From: Faecalibacterium sp. UBA1360
GTDB lineage: Bacteria > Bacillota > Clostridia > Oscillospirales > Ruminococcaceae
DNA: 64,000 nucleotides
Direction of reading: 5' to 3'
NCBI GenBank assembly: GCA_002306375.1
Contig: DBRU01000032.1
Span: forward strand, 7,103 to 71,102
The position numbers and the translations under genes are program-made. A model generated the notes under the pieces. It was given only the letters and a program-made list of their open reading frames with translations. It searched no databases and was not told where the DNA came from. Of this stretch, positions 1 to 10,015 are shown in pieces. How positions within the stretch are numbered: the stretch's first letter is position 1; the number at the start of each line of letters is the position of its first letter.

Positions 1-549
1 GGACTGCTCAAACACCCGCCGCGCCACATACAGCCGGCGGTCAAAGTCGATGCCCACGGCCACCCGGGGCGGTTTGGCCACAAAACTCTGCCAGATGCTG
101 GGCATGCAGTCCCGGGCCTTCTGGCCCAGCACGTCGGGGCATACGGGCACTGCGCGCCAACCCAGGAAGGTCAATCCCTCTTTTTCGCAGATGATCTCAA
201 ACAGCTTTTTGGCCTGCTTGCGGCGCAGTTCCTCCTGGGGGAAGAAGAACATCCCCACGCCATACTCCCGCTCGCCGCCCAGGGCAATGCCTGCTTTGGC
301 AGCTTCACGGACAAAAAAGTCATGCCCGATCTGCAACAGAATGCCCACGCCGTCGCCGGTCTTGCCCTCGGCGTCCTTGCCGGCGCGGTGTTCCAGATGT
401 TCCACGATCTGCAAAGCATCGTCAATGGTCTTGTGGGTCTTGCGGCCTTTGATGTCCACCACCGCGCCGATGCCGCAGTTGTCGTGCTCAAAGCGCGGGT
501 CGTACAGCCCGGCGGGCCGGGTACGCTCGGTAAATGGTTGCACGGTCAT
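1..549 (-). CDS. gltB: Glutamate synthase large subunit, N-terminal part (runs off window start)
   Basis: Manual translation MTVQPFTERTRPAGLYDPRFEHDNCGIGAVVDIKG...HRAGKDAEGKTGDGVGILLQI shows the GltB amidotransferase N-terminus. Not in the ORF track because it has no stop in the window. Alternative start is GTG at 543. Confidence 0.93.
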   Translation of the reverse strand, partial: MTVQPFTERTRPAGLYDPRFEHDNCGIGAVVDIKGRKTHKTIDDALQIVEHLEHRAGKDAEGKTGDGVGILLQIGHDFFVREAAKAGIALGGEREYGVGMFFFPQEELRRKQAKKLFEIICEKEGLTFLGWRAVPVCPDVLGQKARDCMPSIWQSFVAKPPRVAVGIDFDRRLYVARRVFEQS

Positions 550-592
550 CTCTCCTTCTCGTCTGTGCCGGGACCATCCGGCTCCGGCAATG

Positions 593-649
593 AAAAAAGG
601 CGTCCCCGCGCATGAGCATACAGCCACAACGCGGAAACGCCTTTGTTCC
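593..649 (-). promoter_or_regulatory. Leader terminator/attenuator upstream of gltB
   Basis: Minus strand AAAGGCGTTTCCGCG...CGCGGGGACGCCTTTTTT lies between the promoter and the start codon. Confidence 0.7.
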
Positions 650-656
650 TGCTGCC

Positions 657-685
657 AATATACCATAGTATGGTGGATTTGGCAA
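657..685 (-). promoter_or_regulatory. sigma-A promoter of gltB
   Basis: TTGCCA-N17-TATATT with extended TG. Confidence 0.7.
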
Positions 686-760
686 CGTGAAAACAAAAGA
701 ATTTTCAGAAAGAAAAGATGAAACCTTTTGATATTCAAAAATCAGGGCGAAAACTTAAGA

Positions 761-1234
761 TTATTCGGTTTTTGGGGAACCGGCCGACGCGGCGTTCTGT
801 GCGCGCAGCTCGGCGAGGATCTCGGAAAGCAGTTGCTTTTCGCTGGGCTCGGCGGGCTTGGCGGCCTCCGGGACCTTTTTGGTCTGACCGATGCGCATGA
901 GCCGGCCCATGAATTTGACCAGGCAGAACAGCACAAAGGCCATGATGACGAAGTTGATGACGGCCGAAATGAAGGCCCCGATGCGCAGGGGATCCGCGCT
1001 GTTGGGCAAGTGGATGACCACATTGCTGAAATCGGTGGAGAAGGCGATGCCCAGCAGCGGGTTGAGCACGTCGCCGGTCAGGGAGGACACAATGGACTGG
1101 AAGGACGCGCCGATGATCACACCGACGGCCATGTCCATCACGTTGCCCTTGAGGGCGAAGGCCTTGAACTCATCCAAAAACTTTTTGGTGCCCTGCAAGC
1201 CCTCTTCCACCCGCAGTTTTTCCTGTACCTGCAT
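761..1234 (-). CDS. mscL: Large-conductance mechanosensitive channel
   Basis: EFKAFALKGNVMDMAVGVIIG signature and C-terminal LLSEILAEL. Start set at the ATG after AAAGGA. Confidence 0.95.
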   Translation of the reverse strand: MQVQEKLRVEEGLQGTKKFLDEFKAFALKGNVMDMAVGVIIGASFQSIVSSLTGDVLNPLLGIAFSTDFSNVVIHLPNSADPLRIGAFISAVINFVIMAFVLFCLVKFMGRLMRIGQTKKVPEAAKPAEPSEKQLLSEILAELRAQNAASAGSPKTE

Positions 1235-1256
1235 AGTAAGTCCTTTCAAGGGGCGC

Positions 1257-2081
1257 TTATTTCAGCAGCGCCGCCACGGCGTCGGCCGCACCGTCCATGT
1301 AATTGCCCGCGAAGGCTTCGATCATGCCGGCGTCGGCCTGCTTGGCCAGTTCGGGATCGATGGGCATTTTGGCCAGCACGGGCAGGTGATAGCGGGCCGC
1401 GGTCTCGTCCACGTGGCTGTCGCCGAACACCTGGATATGCTTGCCGCAGTCGGGGCACACGGCATAGCTCATGTTCTCGACGATGCCAAGGATGGGCACC
1501 TTCATCATCTCGGCCATCTGCACGGCCTTGCCCACGATCATGCCCACCAGTTCCTGGGGGCTGGATACGATCAGAATGCCGTCCACCGGCAGGGTCTGGA
1601 ACACGGTTAGGGGCACGTCGCCGGTTCCCGGAGGCATATCGACGAACAGAAAGTCCACATCCTCCCAGATGACTTCCTGCCAGAACTGCTTGACAGCGCC
1701 GGCGATGACGGGGCCGCGCCACACGACGGGGGCCTGTTCATCCTCCAGCAGCAGGTTGATGCTCATGATGTCGATGCCCGTGCGGCTCTGGATGGGGAAG
1801 ATGCCGTCCTCGTCGCCCCGGGCCGGGCCGTGCACCCCAAACAGCTTGGGGATGGACGGGCCGGTGATGTCGGCGTCCAGGATACCGGCCGTAAAGCCTT
1901 TGCGCCGCATGGACACGGCCATCATGGCGCTGGTCATGCTCTTGCCCACGCCGCCTTTGCCGGACACCACGCCGATGACCTTCTTGATGTGGCTTTTGGC
2001 ATGGGGGGCTTCCCGTTCTGGGGCGCGGTGGTCGCAGTTGGCGGTGCAGTTGCTGCAATCGTGGTTACACGCTTCGCTCAT
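1257..2081 (-). CDS. mrp: Mrp/NBP35 (ApbC) Fe-S cluster carrier ATPase
   Basis: GKGGVGKS Walker A, DADITGPS, DMPPGTGD, ENMS...CPDC, Cys-rich N-terminus. Confidence 0.93.
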   Translation of the reverse strand: MSEACNHDCSNCTANCDHRAPEREAPHAKSHIKKVIGVVSGKGGVGKSMTSAMMAVSMRRKGFTAGILDADITGPSIPKLFGVHGPARGDEDGIFPIQSRTGIDIMSINLLLEDEQAPVVWRGPVIAGAVKQFWQEVIWEDVDFLFVDMPPGTGDVPLTVFQTLPVDGILIVSSPQELVGMIVGKAVQMAEMMKVPILGIVENMSYAVCPDCGKHIQVFGDSHVDETAARYHLPVLAKMPIDPELAKQADAGMIEAFAGNYMDGAADAVAALLK

Positions 2082-2250
2082 GGTAACTTGTCTCTCCTTT
2101 TGTCCGGCATCGGCTGCCGGCGCAGTGCGTTTGCCCGGTGCGGGCGCAGGCAAAGGCCCCGCGGGATACCCCGGCGGGACCTGCTTGCCCGGCGCGGCCG
2201 GGACGTATACAATTCTACACGGTTTGCCGCAAAAAAGCAAGTACCGCGGT

Positions 2251-3072
2251 TCAGGGCATTGCGGCCACCAGGTCGGCCACCAGCTGCTGGAACACCGGCC
2301 CGCGCCGGTTGGCAATGGCGATGACCTCGTCGCCGGACAAGCGCTGCCCGGTCATGCCTGCGGCCATGTTGGTGATCAGGCTCATGGCCAGCACCGGCAG
2401 CCCGCAGTGGGCGGCGGCGATGGCCTCGGGCACGGTGCTCATGCCCACGGCATCTGCGCCCAGGGTGCGGAACGCCCGGATCTCCGCCGGGGTCTCGTAG
2501 CTGGGCCCCATGTAGCCCAGATAGACGCCCTCGCGCAAGGTCAGGCCCCGGGCTGCTGCTACCTGGCGGGCCAAAGCCTGCAAGTCGGGGTCGTATACGC
2601 GGCTCATATCGCAGAAGCGGGGCCCGACCTCGTCGTCGTTTTCGCCTCGCAACGGGTTCGCCCCCATGAAGTTGATGTGGTCGGTGATGAGCATAAAGTC
2701 CCCCACCGAAAAATCATAGTTGACGCCGCCGGCCGCGTTGGTCAGAACAAGGGCGCGGCAGCCCAGAGCTTTCAGCACCCGCACGGGCAGGGCGATGTCG
2801 GCCATCCCGTGGCCTTCATAATAGTGGAACCGTCCCTGCATGCAAATGACCGAACGCCCGGCCAGCTGCCCGGCTACGAACTGCCCGGCGTGGCCCGGGG
2901 CGGTGGACAGCGGAAAGCCCGGCACATCGCGGTAGGGCAGGCAGACGGGGGTTTCGATGCGGTCGGCCAGGCCGCCCAGGCCGGAACCCAGCACCAGGGC
3001 GATCTCGGGCGCCTGGGGCAGGCGGGGGCGCAGCCAGTCGGCGGCCGCGGTGATGCGCTGCATTTCAGACAT
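2251..3072 (-). CDS. punA: Purine-nucleoside phosphorylase (trimeric type)
   Basis: LGSGLG, GRFHYYEG, TNAAGG, GPSYETPAE, GMSTVPE motifs. Confidence 0.93.
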   Translation of the reverse strand: MSEMQRITAAADWLRPRLPQAPEIALVLGSGLGGLADRIETPVCLPYRDVPGFPLSTAPGHAGQFVAGQLAGRSVICMQGRFHYYEGHGMADIALPVRVLKALGCRALVLTNAAGGVNYDFSVGDFMLITDHINFMGANPLRGENDDEVGPRFCDMSRVYDPDLQALARQVAAARGLTLREGVYLGYMGPSYETPAEIRAFRTLGADAVGMSTVPEAIAAAHCGLPVLAMSLITNMAAGMTGQRLSGDEVIAIANRRGPVFQQLVADLVAAMP

Positions 3073-3200
3073 AGTGGAACACCTCGTTTTGTGGTTTTGC
3101 TTTATTGTATCATGTCCCCGACCCGCTTCGCAAGGCATACCTCCAACGCTCGCCCGCATATACAAAGATGGGAAACTGCGCGGGAAGGGGGACGGGAAAG

Positions 3201-4736
3201 ATGCGAGGCAAGCTGTATGTCAAAAATGCGGCGCTGCTCACCGTCGGCGGCTTTGCGCTGCGGGTGCTGGGCATGGCTTTCCGGGTGTACATCGCCGCCT
3301 GGCTCGGGGGCGAGGGCATGGGCCTTTACCAGCTGATCCTGGCCGTATACGGGGTGTTCATCGCGCTGGCGTCGGCGGGGGTCAACGTGGCCTCCACCAA
3401 ACTGGCGGCCCAAAGCCTGGCGCGGGGGCATGGGATGTCGGCTACTTTGTGGGGGCTGGTGAGCGCGGCGGCGCTGTTCGGCACCGGGGCCATGCTGGCC
3501 CAGTTTGCCCTGGTCGCACCGCTGGCTCACTTTATGCTCCACGACGCCCGGGCCGAGCTCGGCTTGCGGGTATTGGCGCCCAGTCTGCCCTTTATGGCAG
3601 TGGCGGGGGCGCTGCGGGGATGCTTCCTGGCCCGGCGGCGGGTAACGCCCAACATCCTGTCCCAACTGGCCGAGCAGGCCTTGCGTATGGCCGTGGCGGC
3701 GCTGGCGCTGCGCAAACTGGCGGCCTGGGGCGCGGCGTACGCCTGCGCGGCGGTTCTGCTGGGCAACACGCTCAGCGAGGCGCTCTCCTGCGTGCTGATG
3801 GCTCTGTTCGCCAAAGAGGAAACATCCTTCCGCCGGCAGGAAGGGGACGGCGCGGTGGGCTTTTCCCGCCGTGAACTGCTGGGCATCGCTCTGCCCGTCA
3901 CCGGCAGCCGGCTGCTGGCCAGTGCGCTGCAAGCCGTCGAGAGCAGCCTGATCCCCCTGTGTCTGGCGCTGTATCTGGGCGAGCGCACCGCCGCCATGGA
4001 ACAGTACGGTGCGGTCAAGGGCATGGCCATGCCTCTGATCTTTTTTCCGTTCTCGGTGCTGGCGGCGCTGTCCGGCCTGCTCATGCCCGAGATCGCCCGC
4101 GCCGCGGCCCGGCGGGATAAACAGGCTACGGCCCGCCTGGTGGGCACGGCCATGACCCTGACGGGGTTGTTTTCGGCGCTGGCGGGGGCGGGGCTGCTGC
4201 TCTTCGGCGAGGAACTGGCCCTGCTTTTGTACCGCGATACGGCGGTGGGGATGTATGTGCGGGTGCTGGGCCTCATCGCGCCTTTTATGTACCTGGAAAG
4301 CATGATCGACGGCATTCTGAAAGGTCTGGGCGAACAGCTGGCCACCTTCCGATATTCGCTGCTGGATTCCGCCGTGCGCATCACAGCCGTGTGCGTGGTG
4401 GTGCCGCGCTTTGGTATCCTGGGCTTTTTAGGGGTCATGGCCTTTTCCAACCTGCTGACCTGTACCCTCAACGCCCGGCGCATGTTGCTGCGCACCCGGA
4501 TGCGCCCGACCTGGGACCGCTGGCTCATTGCCCCGGCGGCGCTGGCGGGGGCGGCGGCCACGCCGGTCTTGTGGCTGCGCCGGTTCGGTCCGGCAGGCCC
4601 GGCGGGGCTGGCTTTACAGCTGACCGTGTTTGCGGCGGGGGCGGGGTTGCCTCTTTTGTGGCTGTGGCGCAAAAACAGGACCGCCCTCGCGCCCGCGGGG
4701 GCGCAAAGAGCGGTCCAAACAGATCATCGGGGCTGA
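3201..4736 (+). CDS. SpoVB/MurJ-like MOP-superfamily flippase
   Basis: Multi-TM protein with RVLGMAFRVYIAAWLGGEGMGLYQL N-terminus typical of stage V sporulation protein B. Confidence 0.8.
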   Translation: MRGKLYVKNAALLTVGGFALRVLGMAFRVYIAAWLGGEGMGLYQLILAVYGVFIALASAGVNVASTKLAAQSLARGHGMSATLWGLVSAAALFGTGAMLAQFALVAPLAHFMLHDARAELGLRVLAPSLPFMAVAGALRGCFLARRRVTPNILSQLAEQALRMAVAALALRKLAAWGAAYACAAVLLGNTLSEALSCVLMALFAKEETSFRRQEGDGAVGFSRRELLGIALPVTGSRLLASALQAVESSLIPLCLALYLGERTAAMEQYGAVKGMAMPLIFFPFSVLAALSGLLMPEIARAAARRDKQATARLVGTAMTLTGLFSALAGAGLLLFGEELALLLYRDTAVGMYVRVLGLIAPFMYLESMIDGILKGLGEQLATFRYSLLDSAVRITAVCVVVPRFGILGFLGVMAFSNLLTCTLNARRMLLRTRMRPTWDRWLIAPAALAGAAATPVLWLRRFGPAGPAGLALQLTVFAAGAGLPLLWLWRKNRTALAPAGAQRAVQTDHRG

Positions 4737-4739
4737 CGA

Positions 4740-6293
4740 TCAGCCGTTTTCGCAGTTGGCGGCTTCGTCGTCGGCGAGGGCGTCCTCCAAGGCGTGCTCG
4801 GGCCACACGTCCCACGCCTCGGCCCGGGCATACAGCGCGGTCACGTGGCGCAGCTTTTTGGCCAGCGCCAGGTCAAACGCGCCGGGCAGCGCCCGCCAGC
4901 ACCAGTTGCCCCCCAGGGTGGAGGGGGTGTTCATGCGGGACTCGTGCCCCAGACCCAGAATATCCTGGGCCTGCACCAACACCAGGTCAGCCACGCTGGA
5001 CCAGATGCCCCGCAGCATGCCCCAGTGGTAGCCTTCTGCCTCGGTCAGTTTCAGGTAATCCACGGCCCGGTCCGTGTCGGCGGGGGCGGCGGTCTCGAAC
5101 CAGCCGATCACCGGCTCGTTGTCGTGGGTGCCCGTGTAAGCCACGCAGTTGCGGGGATAGTCATGGGGCAGGTAATTGCCGCCATCCCGGCTGTCGAAGG
5201 CGAATTCCAGCACCTTCATGCCCGGGAACCCCGATTCCTCCAACAGGCGGTGCACATCCTCGGTCAAAAAGCCCAGGTCCTCGGCAATGATCTCCCGCCG
5301 GCCCAGTCGGGCCTCGATGGTGCGGAACAGGTCCATACCCGGCCCGGGACGCCACCGCCCGCCGCAGGCGTCGGCGCTGCCGTAGGGGATGGCATAATAC
5401 CCGGCAAATCCGCGGAAATGGTCAATGCGCAAAACATCCAGCAATTCGCTCAGGTGGGCGATGCGGCGCACCCACCAATCGTAGCCGGTGCGGCGCATGG
5501 CGTCCCAGTCATACAGCGGGTTGCCCCACAGCTGGCCGGTGGCCGAAAACCCGTCCGGCGGGCAGCCCGCCACCTCGGTGGGGGTCAGGGTCTCGTCCAG
5601 CTGAAATTCCTGGGGGTTGGCCCATACGTCCACGCTGTCCGCCGCCACATAGATGGGCAGGTCTCCAATCATGCGCACGCCCTTGCCGTTGGCGTATTTC
5701 TTCAAAGCCGCCCACTGACGGAAAAACAGATACTGCACGCCCTGCCAGAAAGCGATGTCCGCGGCGTAGGTGCGGCGGGCTTCGGCCAGGGCGGCGGCAT
5801 CGCGCCGCACAAGGGGTTCTTCCCATTCGTTCCAGGCCACGCCGCCGTGGGCGTCCTTCAGGGCCATGAACAGGGCGTAGTCCGGCAGCCAGAAGTCATT
5901 TTTGGCACAGAATTCTTCATAGTCCGCCGGCAAGTCGGCCAGCAGCCGGCCGCAGGCCTTGCGCAAAATGGGCCAGCGCAGCTTGTACAGAGTGCCGTAA
6001 TCCACCGCGTCGGGGGCGCCGCCCCAGTCAAGGCCCTCGTACTCTTCGGGGCGCAGCAGGCCGTCGGCGGCCAGCTCGTCCAGGTCGATGAAGTAGGGGT
6101 TGCCCGCAAAGGTGGAGAAGGACTGGTAGGGACTGTCGCCGTAGCTGGTGGGCCCCAGGGGCAAGATCTGCCAGTAGCTTTGCCCGGCCAGGTGCAAAAA
6201 ATCGACGAACCGCCTTGCCGCCGCGCCCATGGCGCCGATGCCGTGGGGCGAGGGCAGGCTGGACAAATGCAGAAGGATACCGCTGGAACGCAT
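4740..6293 (-). CDS. malQ: 4-alpha-glucanotransferase (GH77)
   Basis: SGILLHLSSLP, WQILPL, GQLWGNPLYDW, RIDHFRG, AEDLG, YTGTHDN. Confidence 0.96.
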   Translation of the reverse strand: MRSSGILLHLSSLPSPHGIGAMGAAARRFVDFLHLAGQSYWQILPLGPTSYGDSPYQSFSTFAGNPYFIDLDELAADGLLRPEEYEGLDWGGAPDAVDYGTLYKLRWPILRKACGRLLADLPADYEEFCAKNDFWLPDYALFMALKDAHGGVAWNEWEEPLVRRDAAALAEARRTYAADIAFWQGVQYLFFRQWAALKKYANGKGVRMIGDLPIYVAADSVDVWANPQEFQLDETLTPTEVAGCPPDGFSATGQLWGNPLYDWDAMRRTGYDWWVRRIAHLSELLDVLRIDHFRGFAGYYAIPYGSADACGGRWRPGPGMDLFRTIEARLGRREIIAEDLGFLTEDVHRLLEESGFPGMKVLEFAFDSRDGGNYLPHDYPRNCVAYTGTHDNEPVIGWFETAAPADTDRAVDYLKLTEAEGYHWGMLRGIWSSVADLVLVQAQDILGLGHESRMNTPSTLGGNWCWRALPGAFDLALAKKLRHVTALYARAEAWDVWPEHALEDALADDEAANCENG

Positions 6294-6461
6294 CACAAGG
6301 ATTCCGCCTTTCGTAGTGAACAATGTCTGTGTTTCATCATACACACAAAGCCCGCAAAAAACAAGCGCGCGCCCCCTGCCTGCCAAACCTTTGTGCAGCC
6401 CTGCCAAAAACAGGGGTTCGGGTTTGTGCAAAACAGGGGGCGTGGTTGTTTGTGGCGGATG

Positions 6462-8222
6462 TTACAGGGTCTGGCCGCTGACCAGGCCGTTCCACAAGCG
6501 GTAATAGATGCCTTTGCGTTCCAGCAGCTGCTCGTGGGTGCCTTCTTCCTCAATGCCGTCCCGGCCCAAAACCAGGATGCGGTCGGCGTTCTTGATGGTG
6601 GTCAGCCGGTGGGCGATGGTCAGGGTCGTGCGGCCCTTGGCCAAAGCGTCCAGGCTTTGGCCCACCAGGATCTCGCTCTCGTTGTCCAGGGCGCTGGTGG
6701 CTTCGTCCAACAGAAGGATGGGCGGGTTTTTCAGAAAGACCCGTGCGATGGAAATGCGCTGTTTTTGCCCGCCGCTGAGCTTGACGCCTCGTTCGCCCAC
6801 ATAGGTGTCGTAGCCGTCCTTCAGTTCCCGCACAAAGCCGTCCGCGCCGGCCAGGCGCGCGGCATGCTCGATCTCTTCGCGGGTGGCGCCGGGTTTGCCG
6901 TAGGCAATGTTTTCGGCCACCGTGCCGCTGAACAGGTACACGTCCTGCTGCACCACGCCGATGGCCTGGCGCAGGCTGTGCAGGGTGACCTTGCGCACAT
7001 CCTGCCCGTCAATGAGGATCTCGCCGCCGGTCACGTCGTAAAAGCGGGGGATCAGGTTGCAAAGGGTGGTCTTGCCGCCGCCCGACGGGCCCACCAAAGC
7101 CAGATTTTCGCCCGGGCGGATGTCCAGGTCTACGTGGCGCAGAACCAGGTTGTGGTCGTCGGGGTACTCGAAGCTCACATCCCGGAACTGAATGCCGCCC
7201 TTGTCCACAACAAGGTCCTTGGCGTCGGGGGCGTCCTCGATCTCCACAGGGGTGTCCATGATCTCAAAGAAGCGCTCGATGCCCGTCATGCCCCGCTGGA
7301 ACTGTTCGGCAAATTCCACGATGCGGCGGATCGTGGCGATCAGGGTGGATACATACAAAACATAGGCCACCAGGTCGCCGGCGCTGATGCGGTCGTAGAC
7401 CAGGAACAGCCCGCCCGCAATGATGACCACCAGGTACATCAGCCCGTCAAACAGCCGCGTGGAGGTGTTGAAGGCCGCCATGGCGTGGTAGGTCTTTTTC
7501 TTGATGGTCTGGAACGCCTGGTTGCCTTGCTCGAACTTTTCGTTTTCCTGGGCTTCGGCGGCAAAGGCTTTGACCACCCGTTGACCCAGCAGACTGTCCT
7601 CGATGGAGGCGTTGAGCTCGCCGATCTGGAACCGCTGCTTGCGGAACGCCGCCCGCAGGCGCAGGTTCAAATTCACGCTGACGATCATCATGATGGGTAC
7701 GCAGGCGAATACCACCAGCGTCAGGGGAATGCTGGCCCCGCACAGAATGATGAAGGAAGCCGTGATCTTGATGGCGGCGATGAATAATTCTTCGGGGCAG
7801 TGGTGGGCGAACTCGGTCACATCAAACAGGTCGTTGGTGATGCGGCCCATGATCTGGCCCACCTTGGTGTTGTTGTAGTAGGTGTGGCTCAGGCGCTGCA
7901 AATGGGCAAAGGCGTCCCGGCGCATGTCTGTTTCGATGTACACGCCCATGATGTGCCCCGTGCCGGACATATAATAGCTGGCCGCGCCGTCAATGATGCG
8001 CAAGACCAGATACAACGCCGCCAGCTTGGCCACCGTGCCCACCGTCAAAACCACCGAGGCGTCGGTGGCGGCGTTGGTCAGGTAGCGCATGATCGAAGGC
8101 AACACAATGTCGCACAAAGTCGTCATGGCCGCGCAGAACAGATCGAAGATCAAAATGCCCTTGTAGCGCAGCATGTAGGGCCAAAAACGGGACAAGCGGG
8201 ATGGATTCTTTTTGTGGTCCAT
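6462..8222 (-). CDS. ABC exporter, fused permease/ATPase
   Basis: N-terminal TM domain, GPSGGGKT, LSGGQKQR, LLLDEATSALD. Confidence 0.93.
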   Translation of the reverse strand: MDHKKNPSRLSRFWPYMLRYKGILIFDLFCAAMTTLCDIVLPSIMRYLTNAATDASVVLTVGTVAKLAALYLVLRIIDGAASYYMSGTGHIMGVYIETDMRRDAFAHLQRLSHTYYNNTKVGQIMGRITNDLFDVTEFAHHCPEELFIAAIKITASFIILCGASIPLTLVVFACVPIMMIVSVNLNLRLRAAFRKQRFQIGELNASIEDSLLGQRVVKAFAAEAQENEKFEQGNQAFQTIKKKTYHAMAAFNTSTRLFDGLMYLVVIIAGGLFLVYDRISAGDLVAYVLYVSTLIATIRRIVEFAEQFQRGMTGIERFFEIMDTPVEIEDAPDAKDLVVDKGGIQFRDVSFEYPDDHNLVLRHVDLDIRPGENLALVGPSGGGKTTLCNLIPRFYDVTGGEILIDGQDVRKVTLHSLRQAIGVVQQDVYLFSGTVAENIAYGKPGATREEIEHAARLAGADGFVRELKDGYDTYVGERGVKLSGGQKQRISIARVFLKNPPILLLDEATSALDNESEILVGQSLDALAKGRTTLTIAHRLTTIKNADRILVLGRDGIEEEGTHEQLLERKGIYYRLWNGLVSGQTL

Positions 8223-8281
8223 GATATCTCCTCATACAAAAGCCTTCCCCCAAAACGGGGGAAGGTGATACTCATGCTGGG

Positions 8282-10015
8282 TCAGCTTTCGGTGCCGTTT
8301 CCTGTGGAATCGCTTTCGGGGGTGGGCTCCGACGGAGGCTCGGGGTCCGATTCGGGTTCGGGCTCGGGTTCTGGTTCGGGTTCAGGTTCCGGTTCGGGCT
8401 CAGGTTCGGGGTCGGGTTCGGGGTCCGGCTCGGGTTCAGGTTCCGGTTCGGGCTCCGACGGAGGCTCGGGGTCCGGCTCCGGCTCAGGGTCCGGCTCGGG
8501 GGCCGGGGTGGGAGTGGTCGATGGCGGAGGGGAAGAACTTCCGCTGCCACTGCTTCCGCCGCTGCTGCTTCCACCGCTGCTGCTTCCGCCGCTGCTGCTT
8601 CCACCGCTGCTGTCCGGCGGTGGTGTCAGCGCGGGAATCGCTTCGGTGCGCTTGCTGCCGCAGTTTGCACAAACATAGGTCCGCACGCCGGCAGAATCGT
8701 AGTCGGGCTCTTTTGTCACAGTCCCGGTATCCCATTTGTGGCCCGTGGCGGCCAGTTCACGGGTGACGGTCTCGCCGCAGATGGTGCAGCGCTCTTGTAC
8801 AGACCCTTTTTCGGTGCAGGTAGGGGCTTTGCGGGTGTCGTCCACTTCTTCGTACTGGTGCTCATGCTCGGCGATCGTGAAGTGGGCCGTAACGACCACA
8901 CCGCCGGCATCGGCGTTGGCGGGCACAGTAAAGGTCAGCTGCGCGCCGGACCCGGCGGATCCCAGCGAGACCGACCAGTGGGAGAACGCCCACCCATCTT
9001 CGGGCACGGCGGTCACGGTGGAGCAGATGCCGCCCTTTTTGACCATCTGGCTGGTGCTGCCGCTGATGGAGCCGCCTTCTGTGGCGACGAACTCCACGGG
9101 CACCTTGGCCCCGCGCACCGCGATGGGGTCGGAGCTGATCAAGCCCAGCGGCACGCCGTCCGGCGTGGGGATCGTTCCCAACGGTTTGGGGCGGCGATCC
9201 TCGGTGATGTAGGCGTGGGTTCGTACATAGTCGAACAGGGCGGTCACCGCTGTTTTGGACAGATGCACGCCGTCGGACAGGGTATAGTCTTTCTTGGCCC
9301 AGCCGGTGGCATCGTTCCGTAGCACTTCAGCCGTGTTGAGGAACTTGTATCCTTCCTCCTCACACATTTCCACGATGGCGGCATTGTATGCATCCACCTG
9401 GGTCATGGTCAGGTTGGTGTTTTCCCGCTGCTTGTCAAGCGGCGGGATGGCGCTGACGATCAAATCGGCATAGGGCCAGGCCTCGACGATGGCCTCGAGC
9501 CCGGCGCGGTAGCTTTTGATGAACGCCGTGGCGTCGGTGGAGGACCCGCCCAGGTTGTTGGTGCCAAAGCAGATGATGATGCGCTGCGGCTTGAGCTTGG
9601 CCACCGCCTCGGGGATCGTGTACATCTGGCTGTCGCCCTTGAACTGCTCGCATTTCAGGGTGGTGATGGCGCCGGCCCCCATGCTGACCACGCCGATGTT
9701 GTTGGCCAGGGAGGTGAAGGCCTGGCCGGTCTCGTCGGCGTACATCATATACCGCGCGGTGTTGGAGTCACCGATGAACAGGGTGTTGTCCACATACTCT
9801 CGCCCGGCGTCTTCGCTGGCGGGCAGGACGGTGCCGGTGAAGACGGCGGCCACTTCATCGGCGGAAGAAACGGTCGTGGCGCTCTCGTCGGCGCGAATTG
9901 CCGTTTCTTCGGTGGCGATGATCGAAGAAGGCAGTTCGTCTTTGGCGCAGCCGGCCAAGCTCAGGCAGAATGCGACGGCACAGGCAGCCGCCGCGAAACG
10001 GAAGAACGGGTTCAT
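8282..10015 (-). CDS. SGNH/GDSL hydrolase lipoprotein with Cys/His repeat modules and low-complexity tail
   Basis: Lipobox LAGC, GDSN, GTNN and DGVH SGNH blocks, CTICG/CANCG modules, GGSSS and PE repeats. Confidence 0.8.
   Translation of the reverse strand: MNPFFRFAAAACAVAFCLSLAGCAKDELPSSIIATEETAIRADESATTVSSADEVAAVFTGTVLPASEDAGREYVDNTLFIGDSNTARYMMYADETGQAFTSLANNIGVVSMGAGAITTLKCEQFKGDSQMYTIPEAVAKLKPQRIIICFGTNNLGGSSTDATAFIKSYRAGLEAIVEAWPYADLIVSAIPPLDKQRENTNLTMTQVDAYNAAIVEMCEEEGYKFLNTAEVLRNDATGWAKKDYTLSDGVHLSKTAVTALFDYVRTHAYITEDRRPKPLGTIPTPDGVPLGLISSDPIAVRGAKVPVEFVATEGGSISGSTSQMVKKGGICSTVTAVPEDGWAFSHWSVSLGSAGSGAQLTFTVPANADAGGVVVTAHFTIAEHEHQYEEVDDTRKAPTCTEKGSVQERCTICGETVTRELAATGHKWDTGTVTKEPDYDSAGVRTYVCANCGSKRTEAIPALTPPPDSSGGSSSGGSSSGGSSSGGSSGSGSSSPPPSTTPTPAPEPDPEPEPDPEPPSEPEPEPEPEPDPEPDPEPEPEPEPEPEPEPEPEPESDPEPPSEPTPESDSTGNGTES
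8325..8615 (-). repeat. Coding tandem repeats (PE/PD 6-nt repeat and GGSSS 15-nt repeat)
   Basis: Degenerate ttcggg/tccggc repeats at about 8325-8505 and (ccgctgctgcttcc) units at about 8541-8612. Confidence 0.9.

Noticed and set aside
4794..7787. 997-aa plus-strand ORF and other long antisense ORFs (e.g. 9516-11597, 33811-36045, 53076-55229, 59557-61848)
   Set aside because: Shadow frames of well-supported genes on the opposite strand in GC-rich DNA, with no motifs or RBS.
8325..8615. Repeat tract as a CRISPR array
   Set aside because: Short degenerate in-frame 6- and 15-nt coding repeats with no unique spacers and no cas genes.
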